Source of the DNA: Plasmodiophora brassicae
Lineage: Eukaryota
NCBI GenBank assembly: GCA_036867785.1
Contig: CP145411.1
Span: 1,674,001-1,738,000 of the forward strand
DNA: 64,000 nt
Direction of reading: 5' to 3'
Notes under the pieces: generated by a model
The model's database searches: none
Told to the model about the DNA's origin: nothing
What the model saw: the letters and a program-made list of their open reading frames with translations, nothing else
Shown: in pieces, positions 1 through 11,703 of the stretch
Layout: each line of letters starts with the position of its first letter
Numbering within the stretch: position 1 is the first letter of the stretch
Translations under genes and position numbers: made by a program

Positions 1-147
1 CTTGTTCTGCAGGACGATGCCCAGTCGGATCACTGTCCCGTCGATGAGTGCGAAGACTGTATCACTTCGTCCGGTTCAAGACGGGCGTCAAGGGGACGCC
101 TCTTGTCGATGCCTCCGGCATACCCGTGCTGGATCGGCGTGGAGAGC

Positions 148-275
148 CCGAGAGCCGCATGCACGTAACAGCCGACTCGAACTGCTCCATGTTTCCAGGG
201 CCGTTCCACCAACCTTAGCAAGCCTTGGGAACATGGAGCAGTTCGAGTCGGCTGTTACGTGCATGCGGCGCTCGG
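148..275 (+). ncRNA. Near-perfect 54-bp stem-loop (candidate miRNA/hairpin-RNA precursor)
   Basis: 148-201 is the reverse complement of 222-275 apart from 1 mismatch and 2 G:U-compatible changes; 20-nt loop. The inverted repeat is certain, RNA status is inferred. Confidence 0.5.
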
Positions 276-312
276 TCAACGTGGGAATTTTGAAGATGCG
301 TGCAACGAATGC

Positions 313-767
313 TGACGACGCGCAGTGTGCACGATAGCACCGCAATATCGGCGTCAGGACCTGGTTGACGAACGTTCTGGCGCTCAGTTAGGTCCTTTTT
401 GCTGGCTGGCATCAACGCCTCGATCCATAGCAGAAGATCAATTTTCTCCGCAGAAGACGTGAGCTTGGCAAGCGTCGAACGTTCAGCGAGATCGATATCA
501 CCGCCGGATCAATTACTACAGGTTCGTGTGCCACACCTGGCACACATGATGATACCGTTGGTGAATCAGGTCGTTCTGCAGCGGCTCGAGAACTCGGCGT
601 CTCAGCAAAGTTCCCGTCTTCTGGGGAGAAGATTGATTTTCTGCTATCCATCGAGGCGTCGATGCCGGACAGCAAGAACGATTTGACCAAGCGCGCACGC
701 ACGTTCGTCAATCAGGTCCTGGCGCCGGTACTGCGGTGCTATCGTGAACACTGAGCGCGCGTCGTCA
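313..767 (+). ncRNA. Long imperfect fold-back (~455 nt), candidate hairpin-RNA or long pre-miRNA
   Basis: 323-375 pairs with 701-753 and ~399-469 pairs with ~605-675. Apex GTGTGCCA-CACC-TGGCACAC at 526-545. Most transition differences between arms are G:U wobbles on the + strand. Confidence 0.5.
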
Positions 768-1131
768 TAACTAGAACACACATGAAGATCGTGGGCAACA
801 CGTCAATGCATAATGTACCGATCATAGATGCCGTACGGACACCGTGAACCAGCAGCATGGAGCGTATATGGAGCGTGCTCTAATCTGTCATTGCCCAAAG
901 GAGTCCAACTCCCCGCACCCCCGGTTTTCGAAAGGGTGTGGTTGTGTGGATCCCCAATAAATTGGATGATTCGTTCCGCATTTACCTGCGTTTCCAGCTG
1001 GCAATGTGTTCTTGGCGGTATGCACGCGCCATCCAATTCACAACTTTCCTGGATGAGCATTATTGCAATGTGCTGCCTCGCGTCTGGGTCGTGGCTGCTA
1101 ATCGCGGCGTCCACGAATGTTTGAAAGTGAT

Positions 1132-2057
1132 TTACTTTTTCGACTTCAACTTTTTCTTGGACGCGAAGGCGATATTGTTTGCCGCCAGATACGCGAGCAG
1201 CCGTTTGAACGGCCGATGCGCGTTCTTAAATTTTATGGTGCCTTGGAGGTCTCCGAAGGTGGACCCGGACGGTGATGCAGTCTTGTTCTTGATGCCCGGA
1301 TCGAGAACGACGAACACGACGTCGCGCGTAGCGGGTTGATAGAGGAAACACACCCGTCCGGCATCAAAAGCAATTTCAATCTCGCTGCATAAAGGGAGGC
1401 CATTCCACGGATTGTCGATGTCTTGTTCGGTCAGGTGGAAGGTCGGCAGAGCTTTTCGGCATCTGTAGTCCCACAGTGTTGCTCGCCGATGTGATCTGAT
1501 GGAATTTGCCCAGCAACCATGCAGTAGCTGCGATCGGCATCATAGAATTTGCGGACACGAGTCGCGAACTCGCTCTGTTGCGTACAAAGACGCGATGACG
1601 ACGACGATGCGCTCTGCGACCACGGCGGCCGAACGTACTTCGGGTGGAAGAGCGCTCGATGATAGTGCTGGACACTCGGGAGGACACGAATAGCGTCCGC
1701 AAGGGCTTTCGTTGATGACTGGCGATCGGCGCGCAGAATGCGCTCGTCCTGCATCCTCATCAGCTGCATTTCTAGAAGCTTGGCTTCCTGACCGTGAAGC
1801 TTGGCTTTCTGGTATTGAAGATGGACTTTCTCGGCTCCAAGGCGGAAGACGTGTTGACGGACCAGCTTTACGTCATCGTCGAACAGAATTCGCTCGTCAT
1901 ATGTCCACTCTGCACGGCCAACAATGAGGCATTGCAAACGGCCCAGCTTGAGTTCTATGTCGTTGATCTGTCTCGTCACCGAGGCGATCTCTGACTCGAC
2001 CTCCAACTGCGTTCCGTGAACCTTGGACAGCTCTTCGACGGGCGACGACGGATCCAT
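1132..2057 (-). pseudogene. Coiled-coil plus HNH-type (HNH_2-like) endonuclease gene with an apparent frameshift near 1480
   Basis: N-terminal coiled coil, then RKFY...CMVAGQ. The HNH core (LWDY...FHLTEQDIDNPWNGLPLCSEIEIAFDAGRVCF...FVVLDP...RPFKRLLAY) continues in a different frame. Confidence 0.55.
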
Positions 2058-2734
2058 GACGACAAGCGAGCGCTAACCAGCAGAGTCAAGCCGTACAGTT
2101 TCCAAATGACACACAAAAACGAGAGCCCCCGGCCATTCGGCCATTACAAGGTTGCGTGATTGATCCACCAGCGGGTATCGCTGGAAAGAGCATAAAAAAT
2201 ACAGGCAGCTGTACAGCTTTCATTGGCCTATGTGGCACCGTTCTTCTCGTGTCGCGAAGAATGTAATAGAAGGCTTCCTAAAATACGGTATATCACGAAT
2301 CTGAGTCGACTATGTTCCGCAGTTTCGCCGATCTGAGCGAAATCGAACGGTTCTAAGTTCCATCTTTGATCTGCGGAGACCACGAAACGGTCTTCATAGA
2401 TACCAGTCGCAGATGCTTACATTTTGGAGGGCAGCCTTCTAGCAGAGTCTCACTACATTCCGCACTTCTGCGAGGCCCACTACCTTGTCAACCGGTGCGC
2501 AAGTCGACGAGTCACTGCGACGTTCGGCAAGTTTCAAGCCACGAGAGCACGGCAAGTGTGACGGACGGCAAGTTCAAGTTATTAGGCGCAAAGGTCATGT
2601 GGAGATGCTCTTCCAGTGAAACCATCGTCCGGAGTTGATGCGCCGGAGCTGAACTATAGTGTTGTCACTCGGATTTGGGCGGTTTTTAGGGGCGTGTGCT
2701 GTGCTGTCGTCGGGGGGCGTCGCGGCGGCCGCCG

Positions 2735-5700
2735 ATGGATGTCGTTCTGGAGGCGTTGCCGTGGCGGGCGGGGCGCCACACTCGGTACACTGGTGATGGC
2801 GATGCGATCGGCATCGAGGGCCGGGTGGTGTACCTGCCGGACCGGCAGCTGACGTTTGACGAGGAGGTCATCGATGCGGTGTGGGCGCAGTTTGACGCCG
2901 ATGACGTGCGGTTTCTGTGCGTTCTTCAACCGGAAACCATTCGTATTGTGGGAAGCGATGGACGATCATTCGACGTCGCAATTCCGTTCAAGTGCAATGC
3001 CTTCTGGGCACTGAATCGCGGCCTGCTCCTGTCGGTGCCGTCTGGCCATGACGTGTACTACTTGGGACATCCTCTCGATCCATTCGTCCCTGTTCTGACG
3101 CAGCACGACGTCGTTTTCGCGTCTGCTGTCCCTTCCATGGTCGTCACACACAACATTGAAACCCGAACGCATTCTGTCTTCGTTCCCACCTTGCCAAGTT
3201 CCACGCTGTCTATGGGTCTGCACGCCTGCTTGGACTTGACATCCGCTAACGTGTCGCGCGTCTTCCTAGCAACAACCGAACAGGGTGAGGAGACGCTGTG
3301 CTTCGTCGCTGACGGTCATGTCGATATATTCCTCGTCGGGAACGCGTCCAGAATTGCTGTTGTTGATGGCATTGTAGACGCGGTTCCTGTCAACAGCGTA
3401 TGCGGGAACGGCGTTCGTGATATGGTTGTTCTCGAACGCGACGGCAGACTGTCGATTTGGACTGCGGGCCAGCGACGATGCGACCTGAATACGTCGCCGG
3501 TTGCCAGCATTGCAGATCCGGCTGGTTCAGAGTTGACTCTGGTTCTAGCAGATGGCAATGCGTTCCGAGCCCGTCTTGCACCCATGTCCACGTACCCTTC
3601 GCGGATGGGTTTCGACGCGCTGTGTGCGGATCCCGATATTCCTCGGGACGTTCTGTTCGCGATCATTACTGAATTCCACTCCAGTCGCCGGGGCGAAAGA
3701 AATAGCAATCCTGGATCTATTGCGGACCGCGAATGGCGGTACCTGTCTGCCCTGGTTGTTGCAGTCGTATCTGGACGTCCGCCAACTGCTGCCCCGAAGG
3801 CGTTAGGAGCTGGGCAGGCTTGGGCCGTTCTGCTCAGCAGCGATTACCATGCCGATGAATCCATGTCGCCGACGTTTCCGTTTGATCCGTTCTCGTTCGT
3901 CGACGATGTAAGCAAGGAGGTCAATGAATTTGGGGGATCAGCATCCAGGCATCCGCTTGGTACTGTGATTCTTGAAACTCTGCATCTATTGTACGAAACG
4001 TGCAAGTTGTCCACGCTGACCGCGTGCTATCTACGTCGGCTGGCCTCGCTTCTGATTGACATTGCACGCTTATGTGGCCGAATCGACTACTGTGCACATT
4101 ATGCTCGTGATTTCGGCGACCTCTACAAGGGGTTTGCGCATGGTGGTGTTTTCGGGTCGGTGATGGGTCCTGGGCCTTTCGATGTAAACAGCCATCTTCT
4201 GTCTTACATTCGAAGACAAACACCTATTCCTGACGTGCCGCATCGGATTCGTTCAACTTCATTTGCTCGAATGCGTCAGGTTATCCTCTTCTACGAAATT
4301 ATATTTGGGCAGAATGTTGATCATCGGTTCCAAGAATTCCCCAATGTGGCAGCTTTGGGCACCCATGCAGCCTCTTCCCGAGCTCAGTGCCTTGTTCTGA
4401 CGATGGTTCGTGATGGATTCACGATCGCCTCGTTGAATGAACTTCCTTTTGGTGTCGCAATGCACCTTCGTTCCGCCTTGCGCATCTGCCGAAATAACCC
4501 ACCACCATCGTGGCCAGCGGAGGCATATGCGTTGATAGGCAGAGAAGACCTCTTCATTGACACTAGTACCCTGTCGTCATTAGCACCTCACGCTGAGAAC
4601 GCCGTCTGCGACGACGATGATGTTAGCGGGACGTCTTTGGTTGTCCAACAATCTTTGTTTCGGTTTGGTCGTGACCACAGGATTGCTGAAGTGCGGCGCT
4701 TGTTGCGATCCGATTGCACGCTGACAATGCGGATTGGTACCTGGCAAGAGATGGCTGACCAGGATTCAAGTCAAGCAGTGCAACAGCGTCTTGGAGACCT
4801 TTGTCTGCGATCGTTGGCATTGCCAGTGGGTCGCGGCATGTTCACATTCGGGTCGATCCGTCCGGTTCTAACCGAGCCTGTCCCCATCCCGCCACTGAAC
4901 CTCACTGGGGTGACGTCGAAGAACCTTACTGTGGAGCTCGATTTGGCCACTTATCCTGAGTCGTGGCTGCGGTGGCCCGAATTCCACAACGGTGTTGCCG
5001 CAGGCCTGCGAGTCGTGCAACAACAATCCATTGATCGTGCTTGGGTTGTATTCCAGCGGCCTGTCGAACCAACGCATGAGCACGCCGGTCTCTTACTCGC
5101 TCTTGGTCTGCAGGGACATCTGGCAGGTCTATCTCGCAGCGACCTCTACTGGTATCTGTCAAAGAAGCACGATCCAACCACGATCGCCGTTCTGCTTGGC
5201 CTATCGGCATCGTCTCGAGGAACAATGGATTCAACCGTCTCCAGGATGCTGTGTCTTCATATCCCAGCATTATTGCCATCCGGTTTCGCTGATCTGGATG
5301 TACCCATTCTGGTTCAAACGACTGCACTTCTGGGCATTGGTCTGGTCTACCAAGGAACCTGCCATCGCCTGATGAGCGAGGTACTGCTGGCGGAGATCAA
5401 CAAACGCCCGTTCCTTGCTGACGGCAGCTGCGCCGATCGTGAGGCACATGCTCTTGCTGCTGGGCTTTCACTTGGCCTTGTAAACCTCGGTCGCGGTGAT
5501 GATGCCCCTGGACTGGCGGACCTCCACATCGAAGATTGTTTGCTTGAGTTGATGGTTGGAGGGAAGGACCTATCTTTGTTAACGGCAGGAAAGCGACCTG
5601 GGTCGTCGACGGCTACCCATGGACGTCAGCCTAGCATATCGACGTCGTATGACCCGAACAGCAAGTCCTGTCTGGTTCGGGAAGCAACCATGACAAACGT

Positions 5701-7600
5701 GGACGTAACATGCCCTGGTGCAACACTTGCGCTCGGCTTGATGTTCCTGAAGACGAATAACCTACATATCGCCAATCGACTGGCCCCTCCTGAAACGAAT
5801 TTCGAACTGGAAAGCACTCGCCCTGATTTTCTTCTGCTGCGCGTTCTCAGCCGGTCTCTCGTTTTGTGGGACAGCATACGGCCGTCCCGCGCGTGGCTCC
5901 AATCTGCAATTCCAGATATTCTTTCAAAGCACGACCTGAACGATGGCGAACGCAACTGTGAAGTCGACGTCTTCGCCAGTGATGCCTGTGTGGGCGACAT
6001 CGATGTTGAAACAATACGCAAGTCGTACTGCCACATTATCGCAGGCGCGTGCCTGGCCCTTGGAATACGTTTCGCTGGAACCGCGAACGCGTCTGCTAGC
6101 ACTCTGCTTCACGAGCATGTATCTTGGTTTCAACGCATGAAGAACCAAGCTGCTTTGACAAGGAAGCTCGACCGAAACACGATTGACACGTGCCTGGCTA
6201 CATGTGCTCTTGGTTATGCCGTTGTTCTAGCTGGGACTGGTAATCTTGATGCTCTTCGCCTGCTCCGTTCGCTCCGACGCTCGCTGGATAGCGAAACGTC
6301 GTACGGATTCAACATGGCACTCCACATGTCCATTGGCCTCTTATTCCTGGGCGGAGGACGGTCGTCGCTGTCCACATCGTCACCTGCCATCGCTGCACTT
6401 GTTATTGCCCTGTTCCCGCGCTTCCCGATGTCAACGACCGACAACAGAGATCATGTGCAGGCCTTCCGGCATTTGTACGTTCTCGCAGTGGAGCCCCGAT
6501 ACTTAGAAACCCGCGACGTTGACAATGGCCGACCATGCTACGTACCACTTGTTGTGCAACTGTCGCATGGCGAGCAGCGGAATATCATCGCACCGTGTCT
6601 GCTGCCTTCACCCGACACCGTTGAGTCCATTCGCGTCGAAAGTCCCAGGTTTTGGCCTCTTGTCCTGGACCTAAAGGTATCGTGCATCGGCTCGTTGCCA
6701 ACGTTCATCTTCTGACATCTTGCCATTGCCAGGGTAGCGATGCCCACAAGTCACTAGTTGTCCAGAACGGGGTCATGTTCGTCAAGCGAAAGACGGGTCA
6801 CCTTCCATACCGACAAGACCCGCTTGGACGGCGTGGCATTCTATCAAGATCGTTTCCAAGGCTTACTCATCTGTCAAGTGGCAAACAATCGCAACGTCGA
6901 GCTGCTGTCCATCGCGAGGCGTTCGTCGAGTCGTTCGCTGCTGACTCCGTGTTGGTTGAATTCGCCAAGTATTGTGCTGTTCCAAAGACTCATTGGACAA
7001 CCCACTGATCAGAGCTGTTATGTTAGGGACTTTTGTGGCGAAGGGACCCCAAGTGGCGAATTCAGTACAGCTGTTCTATTCGAATGCCTGACGCGCGATA
7101 CACCGGACATGATACCGACCTACTTTGCTGTGTACGAAATCGTGAATGATCTGGCACGTCAAGTCAACAGTTTGGGCATTTGGCAAATCAAGTTCGCGTT
7201 GGAACTGTGTTCCAGTCAATCCGGATCCCCGAATGGCAATGTGATCCAAGAAGAATTCCTCATGGCCGTCCGTTCGCACCTCCACGCCTACTTCTCGTCA
7301 CCTGAATTCGACGCTGCTCTTTCGCATTACATCGGCCAGTCGGGATCCTACCCGTCAACGCCGATGTTCGGGTACTCACAGTCAACTACCGCCGTCCTAT
7401 TTTCCATGTTCCTGACGTTCTTTGACATCCCCTTGCATGCCAAACTGTCTCAATGTCTCGATTCGTTACGCCAGTGGCCGCCAGGTGGCAACTTCCTGCC
7501 TAAATTATCCCGGATGTTTCCAACCGTACCGGTTCAGGGGCTTGTTCGCATCGAACGAGCCGTCAAGGCAATGAGGTTGCACGCCGAGCAGGTGGCTTAA
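2735..7600 (+). CDS. APC1: Anaphase-promoting complex subunit 1 (introns ~6678-6732 and ~6970-7027)
   Basis: Hallmark motifs LPFGVA, RFGRDHRIAEVRRLL, ALPVGRGMFT, WPEFHNGVAAGL, PC repeats, DNRDHVQAFRHLYVLA. Confidence 0.95.
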
Positions 7601-7699
7601 TCGTTTAATGTCGTTCTAAACCTACCAAACCGATGCGATTCCAATTTCCTGAATCTAGCAATACTCATGCAATTGGTGTATTCGATGGGTATAGTCTCG

Positions 7700-8983
7700 T
7701 TAACTGACGGGTTTGGGAGAACGTGGCTCGTCTGGTTCATCACGCAATTCTTCGCTCTGAGGAATCGCTGGCATTTCCATTCCTTTGCCGCTAACGTCTG
7801 GAGGTTCTTGGCTCTCATATTCTGGGCCATCGACATTCTCCGTTACAGGCTCCTGCAGATGTGGACTACCCATAGCGGGCTCCTGCTGATATGGACTGCC
7901 CATAGCAGACTCCAGCTGAAGATCGGTCCCAGGCACCGCCCGACTATTCAGGTGACCACATGCACTGCAGCGATATCGGATCCGCTCAAGGTCCTCGCGA
8001 ACGACGAGGCCATTGTGCTCGAAACAATTCTCGCAAATCAACGCGTACTTGTTGGACGGCCCGTCGTTCAGCAGAAAATCGCAGACGCGGTCCACGACAC
8101 TTCGAGCTCTTCTCAGTCGAACCACATCTGATCGCGACGAGTCAGCACAGACCACGGGTACCGTTAGAAGCCATTGCATTCACCTTCGTGACCCTGCTCA
8201 AAACCGGAGAAGCTCGCAGCATGAGGAGCAGAAGGCGCTGGAGGCTGTCACCCAATAAGATAACGCAAAGACGAAGGTAGCCTTGTCATACCTCTTCGGG
8301 CGTGAGATCGACCTCAGGCGTATCGTCGTATTTGGAAACAAGTTCCCGCAGCTTGGAGAAATTTGTAAACCTTTTGAACTCGGCTATCTAACCGGGAATA
8401 AGACATACGAACCCTGGCATGCACACTGAGAACAAATTCGAACCTTGTCGTCCTGCGATGCTTTGAGCTCTTCGAGCTTGTCCTCTACACACAACACGTT
8501 TACCATTGCCATTGTCACAGGAAACACTCGACGGCGTACCGAGTCGCGTTATCTTCCTAGCGAAGTACCAGTCCAGCAGTCGTCGTGCACCATACACTCT
8601 ACGCGACATTCCTGTCAACGATAAATGATATCGAGTGAGTCGTTCCCAGCGTACCCAATAGGAACCAGCAGGATAACGGTCCCAGCTTCCAGCACGTACA
8701 CGGTCGTTAATCGCCACGGTTTCCTCACATACTCCACAGCGCAGGCGGCAACGAACACAACGCCCGAATACCGGACCATCGCCCGGCGTAGCTCCCGCGC
8801 CCGTCGTTTCGATACGCGGATCAACTTCGCCGTCATCTGGATCTGCTCCTCGTTCGTGCGCAGCAGCTGCAGCCACGCACATTAGGGCCGCCTTCCTATA
8901 TTCGAACCGAGACGTCGCACCCGTTCGTAGTCGGTGACGGCGTCATCGGGCCCGCCCGTCAGCCAGCGCCACAATGAACGCAT
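7700..8983 (-). CDS. LNP: Lunapark-family ER junction protein (multi-exon)
   Basis: Two hydrophobic segments, WYF, and zinc ribbon DRVCDFLLND...YALICENCFEHNGL...YRCSACGHLN. Putative start MRSLWRW at 8983. Confidence 0.85.
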
Positions 8984-9751
8984 CCGCGTCGCCACCGGCG
9001 GCAAGCCGACCGCCCCAGGCAAGCGAGCGCACTTTCTGCAATCGGATCCCGGCCCTTCATCGATTCCCGGACTTTGGACATACGTATCAACCAGTTTAGG
9101 CGACTTACCGGTAAACGCGCCCTGCGAACCGCTGCGTGTGTCAGGGACGCTGTCCCACCGTTCTGCGGTAGGGACCTCTAACCTATACCCGACCGGCCAC
9201 GTTGCGGAAAGGCCTGCATCCGGTCCGGCCCAGGGATGACCCCGAATCTGCAGGCCCCCCGCGCCGCCATCTGATGCGCCTCCTCCAAGGCGCAGATCGC
9301 CGTCCCGCTGGCGCGTATTTCACCAGGGTCGCTCCAAGGGGAACAAAGCAATGCAGTCAGCAGGTCTATGGACAAGACTGCGAAAGCAGCGGAAAACATT
9401 GACGGTCCACTCTCATACCCAGCAAGTTTCTCATTGTGGCCGACATTCCAATGCCGGGAATGGGTGGCACGTACAGCAGCTTCTGCGAAAACGGGATCCA
9501 TGCCACGAGAGACAGTTGCTTCAGAGAGGCTCGGTGATTTTAGGAGACACGAATGAACTCGAATTCGAAATGCGATTCGTCCTGCGTGGAACGCGACACA
9601 GAAGAACGGAACGCCTTAGCCCTACAAAGAGCAGACTGAGTTGTTAAGGCCGCTGCTGAGTATCCCGCGTTGTTACGTGGCATTTCGTCTTGATGCGCAT
9701 TATGACGGTTGCCGCTGGGACCGCTGAAAAGCAGCCTATCATCGACCGTCG

Positions 9752-11365
9752 TTAATATACAGGTAGAGACTTGCTGTTCAGTTTGTAGCGTTCGACCCCG
9801 GACCACATCTTCAGGACGCTTAAATGAGAAATAGAACATCCGGTACAGATACCAATACGCTGCTAGACCTGAGCGTCAATGCTCGACCCATACCGTCTCA
9901 TTCTTCGAGTGCTGGCGCCAATCAGGAGCACGCGAAGCATGACCTTGACAAGAAGAAGGCAGGAAACGAGCAGGACGAGGCATGCGATCGACAGACCACG
10001 TATTTGATGCGTGTAGAACATCCAGAATCTAAAATGTTTGCGCCAAAGTATTTGGAGAATGCCACGCGCGATCTGACAAAATGTTCAAATGCATATCAGC
10101 GAACAACGTACGACGATACCCACAATCGACGCTAGGGGAAGCGGGACCAGACCAATGCGTTTGGGAATGACGTCGGGGTTGGTGATCACGTCGTGCGATA
10201 GGATGGCGCTGAACTCCGAGTAGATATGCGGAGAAAGGTCATTGAAGCGATTGATGAATCCATGTTTCATCCAGTCAACCATGATCTCGAAGGTCGACAT
10301 CCAGACAACAACGAGAAGGATCCGCCCTCCGAACTCGGCATAATCAGCCCGGTCCATGGCACTGAACTGATGTGCAGATATCATCAAGAGGACAGCGAAC
10401 GTCTGAAACCTCTCAACGACGTCTCCCATAGCGATTTGAAAAACGTTGATGACGCTGAACCTACGGGTATGCTTAGCACTCGCCCGCATTCAAAACAGAC
10501 AAAGCCAGACTTCTTCAAGACACTGCCCTTGAGTTCTGAAAAATTGCTAGATGTCAGGATGACAATTAGCTCGGCCTGGTCGCTGTTCACGGCGACGTTC
10601 AAAGTGACGACCTGGGCGTAAATAACAGCAACGTGCACAACGGCATAGGCAATGCAGAGCGCGACGTCACAGGCAGCGCGTGTCGCCGATCGGGACGCTC
10701 TGGTCTCAATCGCCGATGCGAACAGATCTCCGCCAAACATGGAGCACAGACGGTCTAGAACGTTGACAATGTTGAAGAGCACGAACACCTATGCCAAGGA
10801 CCATGCCTCAGCACACGCGTCGACAACTGGATCGGAAACCGCAGTACGCGAAAGTATCCCTGCCGTCGAATAATATGGTACGTATGGGAGTACGACACAT
10901 CCAGTGCCAAACCCGCTAAATGCAACACCACAATGACGGAAAATAACAGGAAGGTGACCACTATGGACACGTATCAAACACGGGATTCTACAGCATGCCA
11001 CTCGATATACGTACAGACGTCGCGCTGCTCGCCCACCTTCAGAGGTTGCTTCCGCCTCGACGCCATTCTTCTCAGGATCGCCGCCATCGCACGGACGGGT
11101 GTCAAGCAGAGAATCCCTGAATCGCATAATGAGGCTGTCGTCTGATACGAGATACTAGCGTCCTACCGAGCAGAGCGTCGATGCAGAGTATGATACCGAA
11201 CGCCATCAGCGGCTCCAGCTTCGTCCACGTGATCAGCATCCGATACACGCGACGCCGCCGACTGCCCGGCTGCTCCTGGCCATCGTGGAAACGCGCGGCA
11301 CTCCGCCCGTCGCCACCGCCCACCACCAGCCTCTGCATGAACGACGCCCACCCATCGGCGCTCAT
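9752..11365 (-). CDS. TAPT1: TAPT1/POD1/Emp65 (DUF747) membrane protein (multi-exon)
   Basis: KLEPLMAFGIILCIDALL, VLFNIVNVLDRLCSMFGGD, QVVTLNVAVNS, SSNFSELKGSVLKK, DVVERFQ, EIMVDWMKHGFINRFN, KRIGLVPLPLA; C-terminal VERYKL. Confidence 0.88.
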
Positions 11366-11703
11366 CGCAAAACCCAAATGACGCATCGGACCTGCAAGCC
11401 GCCCTCGCAGCACCCGACAGCACAGAATCACCCTGTTGCGCTCGTCATTTCTTTCTATGAACGACGACGATGAACGACTGCCAACTAAATGACTATGTAG
11501 GTACCTATGTAATCGGCCTGCAAGTTGCATGGCAAACCAGGGTTGCGGTACAGGCCGTCCGACTGCGCACAATCTGGGGGCCGCAGGAATTTTCAGTCGG
11601 GAAGCCACTGGGTAACAGCGACCTGCACCGCCCCGCAGTTCTCTGCAGATCCAGGTGCTGGGTGGTCGGCTGCGCGCCGACGGCATCAAGCCGAGGGCGC
11701 ACC

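Noticed and set aside
1-140. A third hairpin at the window edge
   Set aside because: Only short 6-bp stems are visible; any partner arm would lie outside the window.
399-711. Two opposite-strand ORFs with similar peptides
   Set aside because: The similarity is a by-product of the inverted repeat; no protein-like features.
9180-9650. Short ORFs between Lunapark and TAPT1
   Set aside because: No recognisable motifs or consistent exon structure; a small gene cannot be excluded.
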